A DNA stretch of 64,000 bases from NCBI GenBank assembly GCA_041615815.1, contig JBFJCP010000010.1, positions 32,001 to 96,000 on the forward strand, read 5' to 3'. A model generated the notes under the pieces. The model had not been told where the DNA came from. It was given only the letters and a program-made list of their open reading frames with translations, and searched no databases. The translations under genes were made by a program, and so were the position numbers. This document shows positions 9,327 through 19,614 of the stretch, one piece after another. Within the stretch, counting starts at the first letter, position 1; each line of letters starts with the position of its first letter. Origin of the DNA: Gemmatimonadales bacterium. GTDB taxonomy: Bacteria; Gemmatimonadota; Gemmatimonadetes; Gemmatimonadales; GWC2-71-9.

Positions 9327-10096
9327 CCAAACCGCCCGGTGATGTATGCTTCGGTTCGTTCTTCTGCCGGACGAGTAAACAACTTCTCCGTGAGGCCCGT
9401 CTCGACCAGCTCACCCATGTAGAAAAAGGCCGTGTAGTCGGACACACGAGCCGCCTGCTGCATGTTGTGGGTGACGATCACCACGGTATAGTGCTCTTTG
9501 AGATCCTGCACCAGCTCCTCAATGCGCTGCGTACTGATCGGATCGAGGGCAGATGTTGGCTCGTCCAACAGGATCACATCGGGACTCGGCGCGATGGCCC
9601 GAGCGATGCACAAGCGCTGTTGCTGGCCGCCAGAAAGAGCGAGCGCACTCTTATCGAGACGGTCGTTCACTTCCTCCCAAAGGGCTGCACCACGGAGCGC
9701 CCGTTCCACGATGGTGGATACCTCGGTCCTCTTGACATTGCCATTGACACGGAGCCCCGCCGCTACGTTCTCTGCCACGGACATGGTGGGAAATGGAGCA
9801 GGCCGCTGGAACACCATGCCGACCCGTTTGCGCAGCTGAATTGGATTCACATCCGGCGCATAGATATCGTGACCGTCCAGAAAGACCTGCCCAGTGACTG
9901 ATGCGCCCGGTGTCATTTCGTGCATGCGGTTGAGGCACCTGAGGAAGGTGCTTTTCCCACATCCGGAAGGCCCGATGATGGCCGTCACGGTATTGCGCGG
10001 GAACACCAGGGTCGCCTCCCGTACGGCGGCCTTGCCGTGGAAGTAGGCGGATACACGCTCCGTTCGCAGCTGAATCTCTGCGGGATCAACGACCAT
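9323..10096 (-). CDS. pstB: Phosphate ABC transporter ATPase (copy 1)
   Basis: [43 protein letters not shown]. Start trimmed to ATG 10096, which overlaps the pstA end. Confidence 0.95.
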   Translation of the reverse strand: MVVDPAEIQLRTERVSAYFHGKAAVREATLVFPRNTVTAIIGPSGCGKSTFLRCLNRMHEMTPGASVTGQVFLDGHDIYAPDVNPIQLRKRVGMVFQRPAPFPTMSVAENVAAGLRVNGNVKRTEVSTIVERALRGAALWEEVNDRLDKSALALSGGQQQRLCIARAIAPSPDVILLDEPTSALDPISTQRIEELVQDLKEHYTVVIVTHNMQQAARVSDYTAFFYMGELVETGLTEKLFTRPAEERTEAYITGRFG

Positions 10097-10928
10097 AGCG
10101 GGCGCGTGTCGCGTAGCGGGCGGTGATGCCGAAGATGAGCACGAGGGCCATGAGCACGAGTGCTGAGCCCCAGGCCAGCCGGTGCCATTCGGGGAATGGC
10201 CCGATGGCGTAGAAGTAGATCTGGAGCGACAGCGTCTGCATGGGTTGCAAGACGTTCGTCTTGAAATTGAGGTTCCCCAGGGCCGTAAACAGCAGCGGTG
10301 CGGTCTCACCCGTGATCCGTGCCACCGCCACCAGGGCTCCGGTCATGATCCCCGGCCACGCCGTTCGGATGATGATCGTGACCGAAGTGCGCCACCGTGT
10401 ATAGCCAAGGGCGAGTGCAGCCTCGCGGAGCGAGTTGGGAACCAGACGGACCATTTCCTCGGTGGTACGTGTGACCATCGGGATCGTCAATACGGCAAGC
10501 GAAACGGCGCCGGCCAACGCCGAGAAGGTGCCCAGCGGGCGAACGAGCCACGTCCACACGAAGATCCCGACCACGATGGATGGCGTCCCGTTCAACACGT
10601 CGGCGATGAAGCGGACGGTATTGCCGAAGCGGCTGGAGCCGTATTCGGCGAGGTACACACCTGCGCCGATCCCGATGGGGAGGCCAATGAGAGCGCCCAG
10701 GCCCACGATGATCATTGTTCCCACGATCGCGTTGGCCACGCCGCCACCCGGCACGCCAGGGGGCGCCGGGTTCTTGACTAGGAAGTCCAGGTTGACGCTG
10801 GAGACCCCCTTGATGACCAGATCGGCGAAGATGACGAAGAGTGGCAGCACCGCGAGAATCGCAGCCAGCACGGTGGCGCCCGTCATGATCCGGCTCACCA
10901 ATCGTCGTCGCCCACGCCGGCGCGTCAT
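10086..10928 (-). CDS. pstA: Phosphate ABC transporter permease PstA
   Basis: [40 protein letters not shown] overlaps the pstC stop. Confidence 0.95.
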   Translation of the reverse strand: MTRRRGRRRLVSRIMTGATVLAAILAVLPLFVIFADLVIKGVSSVNLDFLVKNPAPPGVPGGGVANAIVGTMIIVGLGALIGLPIGIGAGVYLAEYGSSRFGNTVRFIADVLNGTPSIVVGIFVWTWLVRPLGTFSALAGAVSLAVLTIPMVTRTTEEMVRLVPNSLREAALALGYTRWRTSVTIIIRTAWPGIMTGALVAVARITGETAPLLFTALGNLNFKTNVLQPMQTLSLQIYFYAIGPFPEWHRLAWGSALVLMALVLIFGITARYATRARYGR

Positions 10929-11890
10929 ACAGCGCGGCTCCCGGCGGAACTCCCACGGGCCACGCGCCATACTAGCAGCCGGGCGCCGGCGTTCACGACG
11001 ATGGTCACGACAAACAACACGAGTCCAATCTCAAAGAGTGCGGAGCGGTGGAGCGCGCCGCTCATTTCCTGGAACTCGTTGGCCAGGGTAGCTGCCATGG
11101 TGTAGCCGGGCTCCAGGATCGAGAAACTCAGGTCGTGCCGATTCCCGATCACCATCGTGACGGCCATCGTTTCGCCGAGCGCCCGTCCCAGGCCCAGCAC
11201 CACGGCGCCGACGATCCCCGCGCGACCGTACGGCAGTACCGCCGTCCAGACCGCTTCCCACCGGGTGGCGCCAAGGGCGAGAGCGGCCTCTCGCTGGGAG
11301 TTCGGCACCGCCAGCAGCACTTCTCGGGAGACCGAGCTGATGTATGGCAGGATCATGATGGCGAGGATGATGGCAGCTGCCATCATGGAGTTGCCCTGGA
11401 ACGTGCCGCTGAAAAAGGGCGTCCAACCCAATGCGGCGCTCAGTGGGGGAACAACGACGGTTCGAAGCAGGGGGATCAGCACGAAGATCCCCCACAGTCC
11501 ATAGACCACGCTCGGAATGGCCGCCAGCAGCTCCACCAGGGTACTCACCGGAGTTCGCAACCACTGGGGTGAGAATTCGGTGAGGTAGATTGCCGCGCCG
11601 AGGGCCAGGGGCACCGCTAGCAGGAGCGCCAGCAGGGATGAGAACACCGTGCCGAAGATCATGGGAGCGGCGCCGTACACGTCGGCCACCGGATCCCAGG
11701 TGGTAGAGACCAGGAACCGAAGTCCGAACCGCTCGATCGTGGGCCACGCACTTACCGTCAGCTGGATCAGGAGACCCAGCAGGAGCAAGGGCACGACGGC
11801 CGCGAAGGCCGTCAAAATTCCTTGAAAGACGACGTCTCCCGCGCCATCGGTGACGCGGGAGACGATTGCAGTGCGCGACCGCTTGGCCAT
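10925..11890 (-). CDS. pstC: Phosphate ABC transporter permease PstC
   Basis: WDP, ELLAAIPSVVYGLWG, EAALALGATRWE, LGLGRALGETMAVTMVIGN. Confidence 0.95.
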   Translation of the reverse strand: MAKRSRTAIVSRVTDGAGDVVFQGILTAFAAVVPLLLLGLLIQLTVSAWPTIERFGLRFLVSTTWDPVADVYGAAPMIFGTVFSSLLALLLAVPLALGAAIYLTEFSPQWLRTPVSTLVELLAAIPSVVYGLWGIFVLIPLLRTVVVPPLSAALGWTPFFSGTFQGNSMMAAAIILAIMILPYISSVSREVLLAVPNSQREAALALGATRWEAVWTAVLPYGRAGIVGAVVLGLGRALGETMAVTMVIGNRHDLSFSILEPGYTMAATLANEFQEMSGALHRSALFEIGLVLFVVTIVVNAGARLLVWRVARGSSAGSRAV

Positions 11891-11909
11891 CGACTGCCGT
11901 AGGTTGTAG

Positions 11910-12980
11910 TTACTCGGCGAGGCCAGCCGGGCGTTGCCAGACTGTTGCTCCCTCGGCCGTCAGTGCCTCGAATCTGTCCGCGATCCAGGGGGTGAGCGCC
12001 CGTGGGATAGGAGCGTATCCCAATGCCGGGGCGTCCGCCGCGCCCTCGGTGACCGCCCACCAGACGAAGTCCAGTAATGCCTTAGCCTTGGCGGCGTCGC
12101 CGTCCTCTCGGCGGATCAACAGCCACGTGAACGACGCGATGGGGTACGCATTGGCACCCGGTGAGTTCGTCAAGGACACGCGGAAATCCGTGTCCGGGCC
12201 CATGCTGTTCATGGCTCCCGAAGCGGCGGCCGTCACGGATTCGATGGTGGGCTCGATGAAGTTCCCGGCCTGGTTCTGCACGTGTCCAGGGGGCAGGTTG
12301 TTGAGGAGCGCGTAGCCGAGCTCGACGTATCCCAACGCTCCGGGCGTCTGCCGGACGGTGGCGGTGACGCCTTCATTCCCCCGGCCGCCAAGGCCCACGG
12401 GCCAATTGACAGACTTCCCGGTGCCAACCTGGCCCTGCCATGCCGTACTCACCTTGGACAGGTACTCCGTCCAGATGAACGTGGTCCCGGAACCGTCAGA
12501 TCGGTGCACGACGACGATGTCTTGGGCCGGAAGGGTGAGCCCAGGGTTCACGCTGGCAATACGCGGATCGTCCCACTTCGTGATTTTCCCGAGAAAGATG
12601 TCGGCCAGCACGGCGGGCGTGAACCGTATCGGTTCCGTGACCCCGGGGAGATTGTACGTTGGCACGACTGCTCCGAGCACCGTGGGGACGTGCAGCACGT
12701 TGCCATTCACCGCGCTCATCTCTTCGTCGCTCATTGGGGCGTCAGAGGCGCCGAAGTCGACCGTGCCGTCAGTAAACTGCCGGATACCGCCGCCGGAACC
12801 GATGGACTGGTAGTTGAGCTCGACACCGTCGACTTGTTGGTTGTATTCGATGATCCATTGCTGATAGATCAGATTAGGAAACGTCGCGCCGGCACCGTTC
12901 AGAAAGACGGTGGGTTCGCCACCGCCGCAGGCGGCGAAACTCACGGACGCGAGTATCGGGAGGAACTTGCGAAGCGTCAT
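11910..12980 (-). CDS. pstS: Phosphate-binding lipoprotein PstS
   Basis: Lipobox FAAC; GAGATFP, YQSIGSGGGI, DFGASD, RSDGSGTT, YPIASFTW. Confidence 0.96.
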   Translation of the reverse strand: MTLRKFLPILASVSFAACGGGEPTVFLNGAGATFPNLIYQQWIIEYNQQVDGVELNYQSIGSGGGIRQFTDGTVDFGASDAPMSDEEMSAVNGNVLHVPTVLGAVVPTYNLPGVTEPIRFTPAVLADIFLGKITKWDDPRIASVNPGLTLPAQDIVVVHRSDGSGTTFIWTEYLSKVSTAWQGQVGTGKSVNWPVGLGGRGNEGVTATVRQTPGALGYVELGYALLNNLPPGHVQNQAGNFIEPTIESVTAAASGAMNSMGPDTDFRVSLTNSPGANAYPIASFTWLLIRREDGDAAKAKALLDFVWWAVTEGAADAPALGYAPIPRALTPWIADRFEALTAEGATVWQRPAGLAE

Positions 12981-13081
12981 GTGTTCAGTACCTCGTCTAT
13001 GCCGAACGTTGGATAGTCGGTGCGGGACGGCGCCGGAAACTTACTAGCGTACCGGACGGACGCCAGCCCGCATTCTCGCTT

Positions 13082-13098
13082 TGTAACAGCTGTGTAAC
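13082..13098 (-). promoter_or_regulatory. Pho-box-like direct repeat upstream of pstS
   Basis: Minus strand GTTACA-cagct-GTTACA, an 11-bp period typical of PhoB/PhoP sites, about 100 nt upstream of pstS. Confidence 0.65.
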
Positions 13099-13125
13099 GG
13101 AGCGTTCCACACAGGTCTCCCCCGC

Positions 13126-13388
13126 CTAGTGCATGACGATGCCGATGATCTTGAATCGTCCGTCCACCTCCACGGCGGAGCCGAACCACTTCGCCTCGAA
13201 GCGTGCGTCGTGTTGCCGGAGCGGGAGCCAGCAGTCTCCGTGAACCCGAAAGCTTGGTACTTGCGAACGCCGTTGCGGCAACTGATTTGTGTGATGGTAG
13301 CGTGTCGATCACGGAAGTGCGGGGCGAGGGTTGCGGCGTTTATTCCGTTTGAGGATGGCGCGGAGGCGGTACTGTTGCGGGTCGCCAC
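13126..13388 (-). pseudogene. Probable frameshifted gene remnant
   Basis: ...ITQISCRNGVRKYQA in one frame joins FRVHGDCWLPLRQHDARFEAKWFGSAVEVDGRFKIIGIVMH* in another if one base is added to the T run at 13249-13251. The 5' end is unclear. Confidence 0.35.
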
Positions 13389-13483
13389 AACTGGATAGCT
13401 ACAATTGGCGGGGCTAACCCATGGAGCCGAGTGGTTAGGCGACGCTCAAGATGTAGCGAGCTGGCGGTTTGGAAAGTCGGGTG

Positions 13484-15199
13484 TCATGGTCTTTCGGTTT
13501 GAACGGGGAGGTTGATCCGTACGGTGGTGCCGATCCCTATCGCACTCTCCAGCTCCACGCGGCCGCCCTGCGCTTCGACAAGGTGTTTCACGATGGCGAG
13601 CCCGAGTCCGGTTCCGCCTTCTGCGCGGGACCGTCCCGGATCCACGCGATAGAAGCGCTCGAAGACGCGGGGCAGGTGGGTATCCGGAATACCAGAGCCA
13701 GTGTCACGGACGACCAGGTGCATTTCCCCGTTCTGCCTCTCGGCTCCGACGGTGATGGTTCCACCTTCGGGTGTGTGGCGGAGCGCGTTGTCCAAGAGGT
13801 TGTCGAGGATCTGACGTAACGCGTTGGGGTCGGCGTTTACGGTGATTTCCTCGGGCATGTCGATGCCGAAATCGACCCCCTTCTTCTGCGCAGCATCCGT
13901 GAATGAGCTCCAGGCGTTCAGCGCCAGGTGACGCAAATCGATGGACTCACGAACGGGCGTCCATCCCCCGGACTCGAGCTTGGCGAGATCCAGCAGATCG
14001 TCCACCAGACGTTGCATTCGGCGGGCGTTGTCGCGGATCGTCGCCGAGAACCGCTGGCGCGTCGAAACGTCGACGTCCTCGGTGGCGAGGGTTTCGGCAT
14101 AGCCGAGGATGCTTGTGAGCGGCGTCTTGAGCTCGTGCGAGACGTTGGCGACGAAGTCGCGGCGCACAACCTCGAGGCGCTTGAGCGCCGTAACGTCCAG
14201 TAGTCCGAGGACAGCTCCCCCGGTAGGGAGCGGTCGGGCAGTTAGGAGGAGGGCACGGCCCTCTCGCTCGATTTCTTCGCCGACGGTGGTCTTGCCGGCC
14301 AACACGCGGTCGACGGTGGCGCGCGCCTCCCGGCGATGAAAGAGCACCCGCAGGTTGGGGAGACTGTCGTCCTCCTCGTAGCCCAAGAGCCGGCGGGCGG
14401 CCGGGTTACACACGATGACATCTCCGCGTGCGTCGGCAGCAATGACACCTTCCTCCATGGTCTCGATGATGGCGACGGTCTCTTCGCGCTCACCGCGCAG
14501 TTCGCCAATGCGAGCGTCGAGCTGCTCTTGCATGGACCGAACCGATCGGACCACCTCGGTGACTTCAGAAATGTTCGACACGGGATAGACGGGGCTGCCT
14601 CCTGCCGCGGCGGCGTGGGCGCCTTGGGCCAAGCGCCGGATGGGTTGGGCCACGCCTCTCGCCACCAGCGCGGCGAGGGCGGCGCCCACGAGAATGGCGG
14701 CCAACGTGGCGAAGAGGATTGCTCGCTCCACCCGACGCACCAGGCCGTTCAGTTGTACCAGTGGGGCAGAGATGCGCACCGCGCCGGGCCATGCTGGGAT
14801 CGCCACCTTCAGCTCCTCGCGGTTGGTGGAGGCGCTGACGCGGCGCGCGATGCCGACGCGACCGTCGAGGGCGGCGGCGATCTCTGGCCTGGTCCGGTGG
14901 TTGTCCAGCAGGGCGAGACTGGCATCGTCGAAATCCGAATCCCCCAGCACCTCACCGTCGGGTGCGATGAACGTGACGCGGCGGCCGAGAAGCGCGCCAA
15001 AGTGGTGCGCCGTCAGATTGAGGTCCGTGGGCCGGCTCGAGAGTGCGGCGGCGGTGATGCGGGCCTGGCGTCCGAGCTCCTCGGCGAAGCTGTCTTCAAG
15101 GCTGTTCCTGAGCCAGCGGTCGCTGGCATAGAGGAGCACGACGGCGGCGAGGGTGAGGATACCGAGGATGCCGAGAAAGAGGCGGGGGAAGATGCTCAC
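13484..15199 (-). CDS. phoR: Phosphate regulon sensor histidine kinase
   Basis: Two TMs, HAMP, PAS; RRDFVANVSHELKTPL, NLLDNA, DTGSGIP, FERFYRVD, GGTGLGL. GTG overlaps the phoB stop. Confidence 0.92.
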   Translation of the reverse strand: MSIFPRLFLGILGILTLAAVVLLYASDRWLRNSLEDSFAEELGRQARITAAALSSRPTDLNLTAHHFGALLGRRVTFIAPDGEVLGDSDFDDASLALLDNHRTRPEIAAALDGRVGIARRVSASTNREELKVAIPAWPGAVRISAPLVQLNGLVRRVERAILFATLAAILVGAALAALVARGVAQPIRRLAQGAHAAAAGGSPVYPVSNISEVTEVVRSVRSMQEQLDARIGELRGEREETVAIIETMEEGVIAADARGDVIVCNPAARRLLGYEEDDSLPNLRVLFHRREARATVDRVLAGKTTVGEEIEREGRALLLTARPLPTGGAVLGLLDVTALKRLEVVRRDFVANVSHELKTPLTSILGYAETLATEDVDVSTRQRFSATIRDNARRMQRLVDDLLDLAKLESGGWTPVRESIDLRHLALNAWSSFTDAAQKKGVDFGIDMPEEITVNADPNALRQILDNLLDNALRHTPEGGTITVGAERQNGEMHLVVRDTGSGIPDTHLPRVFERFYRVDPGRSRAEGGTGLGLAIVKHLVEAQGGRVELESAIGIGTTVRINLPVQTERP

Positions 15200-15903
15200 G
15201 GCGATCGTCCGGCTGAGGCCTCCGCACGGAAGCGATACCCGAACCCGCGAACTGTCTCGAGCAGATCGGCCGCGGGGCCGAGCTTCGTACGCAAGCGCTG
15301 AACGTGCATGTCCACGGTGCGTGTCTGGATATCCGGGTTGGCTTCCCAAACCGTTTCGAGCAGCTGGGCGCGCGACTGAATCCGACCGCGGCGTTCAGCG
15401 AATGTCACGAGCAACTTGTATTCAGTTGCGGTGAGTTGAAGCTCCTCCTCTCCCACGCGCACCCGTTGGGCCCCGCGGTCGATCGTCAATGGTCCGGCAA
15501 CGAGCATCGAGCCGGATGTTACCGGTGGCGCTTCGAGGCGCCGAAGCACGGCACCCACGCGGAGGACCAGTTCTTGGGGTGAGAACGGTTTGACGAGGTA
15601 GTCGTCGGCGCCCAGGCTCAGTCCTTTGATCCTGTCTCCCTCCTCGCGTCGAGCGGTCAACACGATCACACCGAGTTGAGCCGTCTCGGGCTTGCGGCGT
15701 AGCTCTTGGAGCACGTCGAATCCCGAGACTTCGGGGAGCATCAAGTCCAAGACCACGAGATCGGGTCGCTCGTTGGCAATGGCTTTGAGGGCGTCTGCCC
15801 CGCTGCTCGCCGTCGAGACGCGGTATCCGTCCTTTGCCAGATGATAGGCGACGAGGGCCGTGATATCGGGCTCGTCGTCCACTACCAATACGCGATGTGG
15901 CAT
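15196..15903 (-). CDS. phoB: OmpR-family phosphate regulon response regulator
   Basis: VLVVDDE, LDLMLP, GADDYLVKPF, TRTVDMHVQRLRTKL, TVRGFGY; directly upstream of phoR and pst. Confidence 0.92.
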   Translation of the reverse strand: MPHRVLVVDDEPDITALVAYHLAKDGYRVSTASSGADALKAIANERPDLVVLDLMLPEVSGFDVLQELRRKPETAQLGVIVLTARREEGDRIKGLSLGADDYLVKPFSPQELVLRVGAVLRRLEAPPVTSGSMLVAGPLTIDRGAQRVRVGEEELQLTATEYKLLVTFAERRGRIQSRAQLLETVWEANPDIQTRTVDMHVQRLRTKLGPAADLLETVRGFGYRFRAEASAGRSP

Positions 15904-15975
15904 GTTGGTGAAGTCGCTGAATAGCGAGAATATACAAGCCATGGGGTGCTGAGCCAGGCAAGTTTCGTCACAGAA

Positions 15976-16004
15976 TTGCATCGAAACCCGTCCCCTACCA
16001 GATT
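15976..16004 (+). promoter_or_regulatory. Sigma70-type promoter of the nucleotidase operon (near-leaderless)
   Basis: TTGCAT-N17-CAGATT, with the ATG 9 nt downstream. One Pho half-site-like GTCACA (15967-15972) sits just upstream of the -35. Confidence 0.45.
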
Positions 16005-16013
16005 GCGGCTCTC

Positions 16014-18353
16014 ATGATCGGGCTTCTTTCCATCGCTCTGCTCGCCGGCCAGTTGGCCAGCGAGGACACGCTCCACCTCGTTGTCGTGGCCACCACGGAC
16101 GTGCATGGCCGCGCGTATCACTGGGACTACGCCGAGGACCGGGAGGCCCCGTGGGGGATCACGCGTGCTGCGACGGCGATCGATTCCCTTCGGGAGGCTT
16201 ATCCGGGTCGGGTCCTGGTGGTGGATGCGGGGGACTTGATTCAAGGCGATGCCTTCGCGGCCTATTTCGCGGAGCAACGGGTGGTCGTGCCGCACCCCGT
16301 GGTGGAGGCGTTGAACACCGCCGGTTTCGATGCCGCGACGCCGGGAAATCACGAGTTCAATTGGGGTCTCGACCTCTTTGCGCGGGCGATGGCGTCGGCC
16401 GCGTTCCCCGTGGTCTCGGGTAACCTCTATCGTCTGCCCCGTGACACCCTGGCGTTCCCGCCGTTCAGCGTCCTGGTGCGTCAGGGAGCCCGCGTGGGCG
16501 TCACGGGCTTTACGACACCGGGCGCCATGGTGTGGGACCGGGCCAATCTCAGGGGACGATTGCTTGTGCGTCCCATCCTGCCGGAGGCTCGGCGCGTGCT
16601 CCAGGAGCTGGCGGCGGCCGGCGCCGATCTGCGGATTGCGGTCATTCACAGTGGTATGGACGGACCGTCGAGCTACGACACTCGTGGGGTGGGTGAGGAA
16701 AACGTGGCGATGGGATTGGCCCGGTTGCCCGTTCCGCCCCATCTCGTGGTTGTGGGACATACCCACCGCGTGATGCGTGATTCCGTCGTGAATGGAGTGC
16801 ACTTCATCCAGCCCCCGCCGCACGCTCGAGGTCTGGCGGTGGCACACGTGTGGATGGTGAAAACGAACAGAACGGATGTTGGACGATCGGGTGGGTTCGA
16901 GGTCGCGCGGATTCAGGGGGAGACCATCTCCCTCGACGAGGTTCCGCCGCATCCGGTAGTGACGGCTCGGTTGGCGAGTGCGCACGAGGCCATCCGCGTG
17001 TGGGTGAATCAACCCATCGCCGAGGTCGTCGAGGGTGACTGGAGCGCGTGGTACGGACGAGCTGAAGACACGCCCATTATCGATTTTCTCAACGAAGTCC
17101 AGCGGATGGCTGGGGGGGCGGAGCTCTCCGCCACTGCGGCATTCAATCCCAGGGCGCGCTTTGGACCCGGCGAGGTGCAGCTGCGTGACGTTGCCGCGCT
17201 CTATCCGTACGAGAACACGCTCAGAGTGATCGTGATCGACGGTCGCACGCTCAAGGCGTATCTGGAGCAGTCGGCGGCGTATTTCCGCACGTATGTCCCG
17301 GGCGCGCCAATCATCAACGACAGCATGCCGGGGTACAACTTCGACATCGTGAGTGGTGTCGATTATGTGCTCGATCTCACGCAGCCCGTTGGGTCGCGTG
17401 TGCGGCAGATTACGTACGGCGGGCGTTTGGTGCAGCCCACGGACACGTTTACGATGGCGCTGAACAGTTATCGCCAGGGCGGTGGTGGAGGTTTTACGAT
17501 GTTACGGGACGCTCCCGTGATCTTCGACGGCCAGGACATTCGGGATCTGGTGGTCGAACACCTTCGAGTCGTGCGCTACTTGCGCGCGCGCGATTACTTC
17601 ACCCCGTCGTGGCGAATCGTGCCCGAAGCTGCGGCGACTGCCGTCCGGGATGCCTTGGGTCCGGCGCCAGTGGCGCTTGCACGGGTACCCGAGCCACGGG
17701 GCCGAACGGACACATTGCGCCCCACGGATCCCAATGCGCATTTGCCATACGAAGTGCAGGGGCGGTTCACGCGGCCCCTGGCAGAGATCAAGGTTCCGCT
17801 GATTCCCACGGGCTCAGAGCACGGCTTGGGGCGATTGGTCGCCGACGCCTACCGCGGCGCCGCGCGGGCGCACGTGGCCGTCGTACCGAACGCCCGCCTG
17901 ACCGTGACCTTGCCGAGCGGTCCGATCACGGAAGGCCACATCGATTCCGTTCTGCCGGTGCCGGACGAGCTCGTCACGCTGGAGTTGACCGGTCGGCAGC
18001 TCACTGCGCTCTTCGAGTTGGCGGTGCAGCCGGGCGAACCGACGATTCACGTGTCCGGGGTACAAGTGGTATTCGATCCAGGGCGCCGGGTCGGTCGCCG
18101 AATTCGTGAGGTACGATTCCCAGACGGTGAGAAGGTGAAGGACAACGACACCTATCGACTGGCGGTACCGGCAACGCTCGTCTCTCAAGAGGGACTCCTG
18201 ATCCCCGTGGGCGGAGGAGCCTCCTCCGCACTGGACCGGTTTGCCGTCGAGCGCACGGGCGTGAGGGAGAACGAGGCACTCTTGGCCCACCTACAAGCCC
18301 TGCGACAACCCGTGGCGCCGCCCCCAACCCCCCGATTCCGCATGAGGCGTTGA
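16014..18353 (+). CDS. Exported CpdB/UshA-family metallophosphoesterase (cyclic phosphodiesterase/nucleotidase) with a duplicated C-terminal domain
   Basis: Signal peptide; TTDVHG, DAGDLIQG, GNHEFN, IHSG, GHTH; YPYENTL, GYNFD, NSYRQGGGGGF; a second degenerate 5'-nucleotidase C-terminal domain. Confidence 0.88.
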   Translation: MIGLLSIALLAGQLASEDTLHLVVVATTDVHGRAYHWDYAEDREAPWGITRAATAIDSLREAYPGRVLVVDAGDLIQGDAFAAYFAEQRVVVPHPVVEALNTAGFDAATPGNHEFNWGLDLFARAMASAAFPVVSGNLYRLPRDTLAFPPFSVLVRQGARVGVTGFTTPGAMVWDRANLRGRLLVRPILPEARRVLQELAAAGADLRIAVIHSGMDGPSSYDTRGVGEENVAMGLARLPVPPHLVVVGHTHRVMRDSVVNGVHFIQPPPHARGLAVAHVWMVKTNRTDVGRSGGFEVARIQGETISLDEVPPHPVVTARLASAHEAIRVWVNQPIAEVVEGDWSAWYGRAEDTPIIDFLNEVQRMAGGAELSATAAFNPRARFGPGEVQLRDVAALYPYENTLRVIVIDGRTLKAYLEQSAAYFRTYVPGAPIINDSMPGYNFDIVSGVDYVLDLTQPVGSRVRQITYGGRLVQPTDTFTMALNSYRQGGGGGFTMLRDAPVIFDGQDIRDLVVEHLRVVRYLRARDYFTPSWRIVPEAAATAVRDALGPAPVALARVPEPRGRTDTLRPTDPNAHLPYEVQGRFTRPLAEIKVPLIPTGSEHGLGRLVADAYRGAARAHVAVVPNARLTVTLPSGPITEGHIDSVLPVPDELVTLELTGRQLTALFELAVQPGEPTIHVSGVQVVFDPGRRVGRRIREVRFPDGEKVKDNDTYRLAVPATLVSQEGLLIPVGGGASSALDRFAVERTGVRENEALLAHLQALRQPVAPPPTPRFRMRR

Positions 18354-18592
18354 CTCGCCGTATCGGCGTCTATGTCAATGAACGCCCGGTCCAGGTAGCG
18401 CCGGGCTCGACCGTCGTACAGGTGGTCGAGCAGGTGGATGCAGTCTGGGGCAACGCCGTTCGGTCCGGGCTCGCGTACGTGACCGACGGAGTGGGACGTC
18501 GCATCTCCCCCTCGACGAACGTCGTTCCCGGGTCCATCTTGCGCGTCGTCCATTCAGCTCGAAGAGCGAAGCCCGATCGCGATCTCGCATGA
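18350..18592 (+). CDS. Small beta-grasp (ThiS/ferredoxin-like) protein lacking C-terminal GG
   Basis: VYVNERPVQVAPGSTV...GSILRVV pattern; overlaps both neighbours by 4 nt. Confidence 0.7.
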   Translation: MTRRIGVYVNERPVQVAPGSTVVQVVEQVDAVWGNAVRSGLAYVTDGVGRRISPSTNVVPGSILRVVHSARRAKPDRDLA

Positions 18593-19614
18593 CGATGAAT
18601 AAGGAGTTGATCCAGCGCCTTCCGAAGGCGGAGCTCCACGTACATCTGGATGGGTGCATTCGCCCCACCACGATGGTTGCCCTGGCCAAGGAACAGAGTG
18701 TGCGGCTACCGGCGGCGGAGCCCGAGGCATTAGCGCAGGCGATGTACGTGCGCGATGCCCACAGTCTCGAGGAGTATCTCGCGAAGTACGAATACACGTT
18801 GGCTGTCATGCAGACACCGCGTGCCATGGAGCGCATCGCGTACGAATTCGTCATCGACTCCGCGGCAGACGGCGTGCGTTACACTGAGGTGCGGTATTGC
18901 CCGGCCCTGCACACGCCCGCCCTGAGTCTCACCGAGGCCGTGGAGGCTCCGCTCGAAGGGATCCGGCGTGCGGAAAAGACGTCAGGCACGCAGGCGCGGC
19001 TCATCATCTGTGGTCTGCGAACGTTGTCTCCGCGGGTTTCGGAGGATTTGGCTCGACTAGCGGCGGACTATCGCGGCGATGGAGTGGTCGCGTTCGACCT
19101 CGCGGGTTCGGAGAAAGGACACCCGGCGCGGGACCACGTGAAGGCGTTCGAGCACGCCCTCGGACACGGACTAGCGTGCACCTGTCATGCCGGAGAGGGC
19201 GATGGTCCAGAGTCGATTCGGCAGGCGCTGCATGTTTGCGGTGCGCAGCGAATCGGCCATGGCACCCACCTGTTCGAGGATCCAGCACTCGAAGAGGAAA
19301 TCCGCGACAAGCGGATCCCGCTAGAAGTGTGCCTCACATCCAATCTCCACACGCGGAGCGTCGATGCGGTCGAGCAGCATCCCATGCGTCGGTATCTGGA
19401 CGAGGGGTGCGTGGTAACCCTCAATACGGATAGCAGATTGATGGATGGCATCACGCTCAGCGACGAATACCTGCTAGCACACACGGCGTTGGGTTGTGAT
19501 CGCCGGGAAATCGATCAGCTCATTCTCAATGGATTCGAGAGCTCATTTCTCCCCGAGGACGAAAAGGCCAAGCTCGTGCAACAGGTGCGGGCGGAGCTCG
19601 ATGAGATCGCATGA
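18589..19614 (+). CDS. add: Adenosine deaminase
   Basis: LPKAELHVHLDG, FDLAG, HAGE, RIGHG, EVCLTSN, NTDS. Confidence 0.93.
   Translation: MTMNKELIQRLPKAELHVHLDGCIRPTTMVALAKEQSVRLPAAEPEALAQAMYVRDAHSLEEYLAKYEYTLAVMQTPRAMERIAYEFVIDSAADGVRYTEVRYCPALHTPALSLTEAVEAPLEGIRRAEKTSGTQARLIICGLRTLSPRVSEDLARLAADYRGDGVVAFDLAGSEKGHPARDHVKAFEHALGHGLACTCHAGEGDGPESIRQALHVCGAQRIGHGTHLFEDPALEEEIRDKRIPLEVCLTSNLHTRSVDAVEQHPMRRYLDEGCVVTLNTDSRLMDGITLSDEYLLAHTALGCDRREIDQLILNGFESSFLPEDEKAKLVQQVRAELDEIA

Noticed and set aside
8508..10096. Duplicated pstB
   Set aside because: Tandem pstB copies are common in pst operons, and both are intact.
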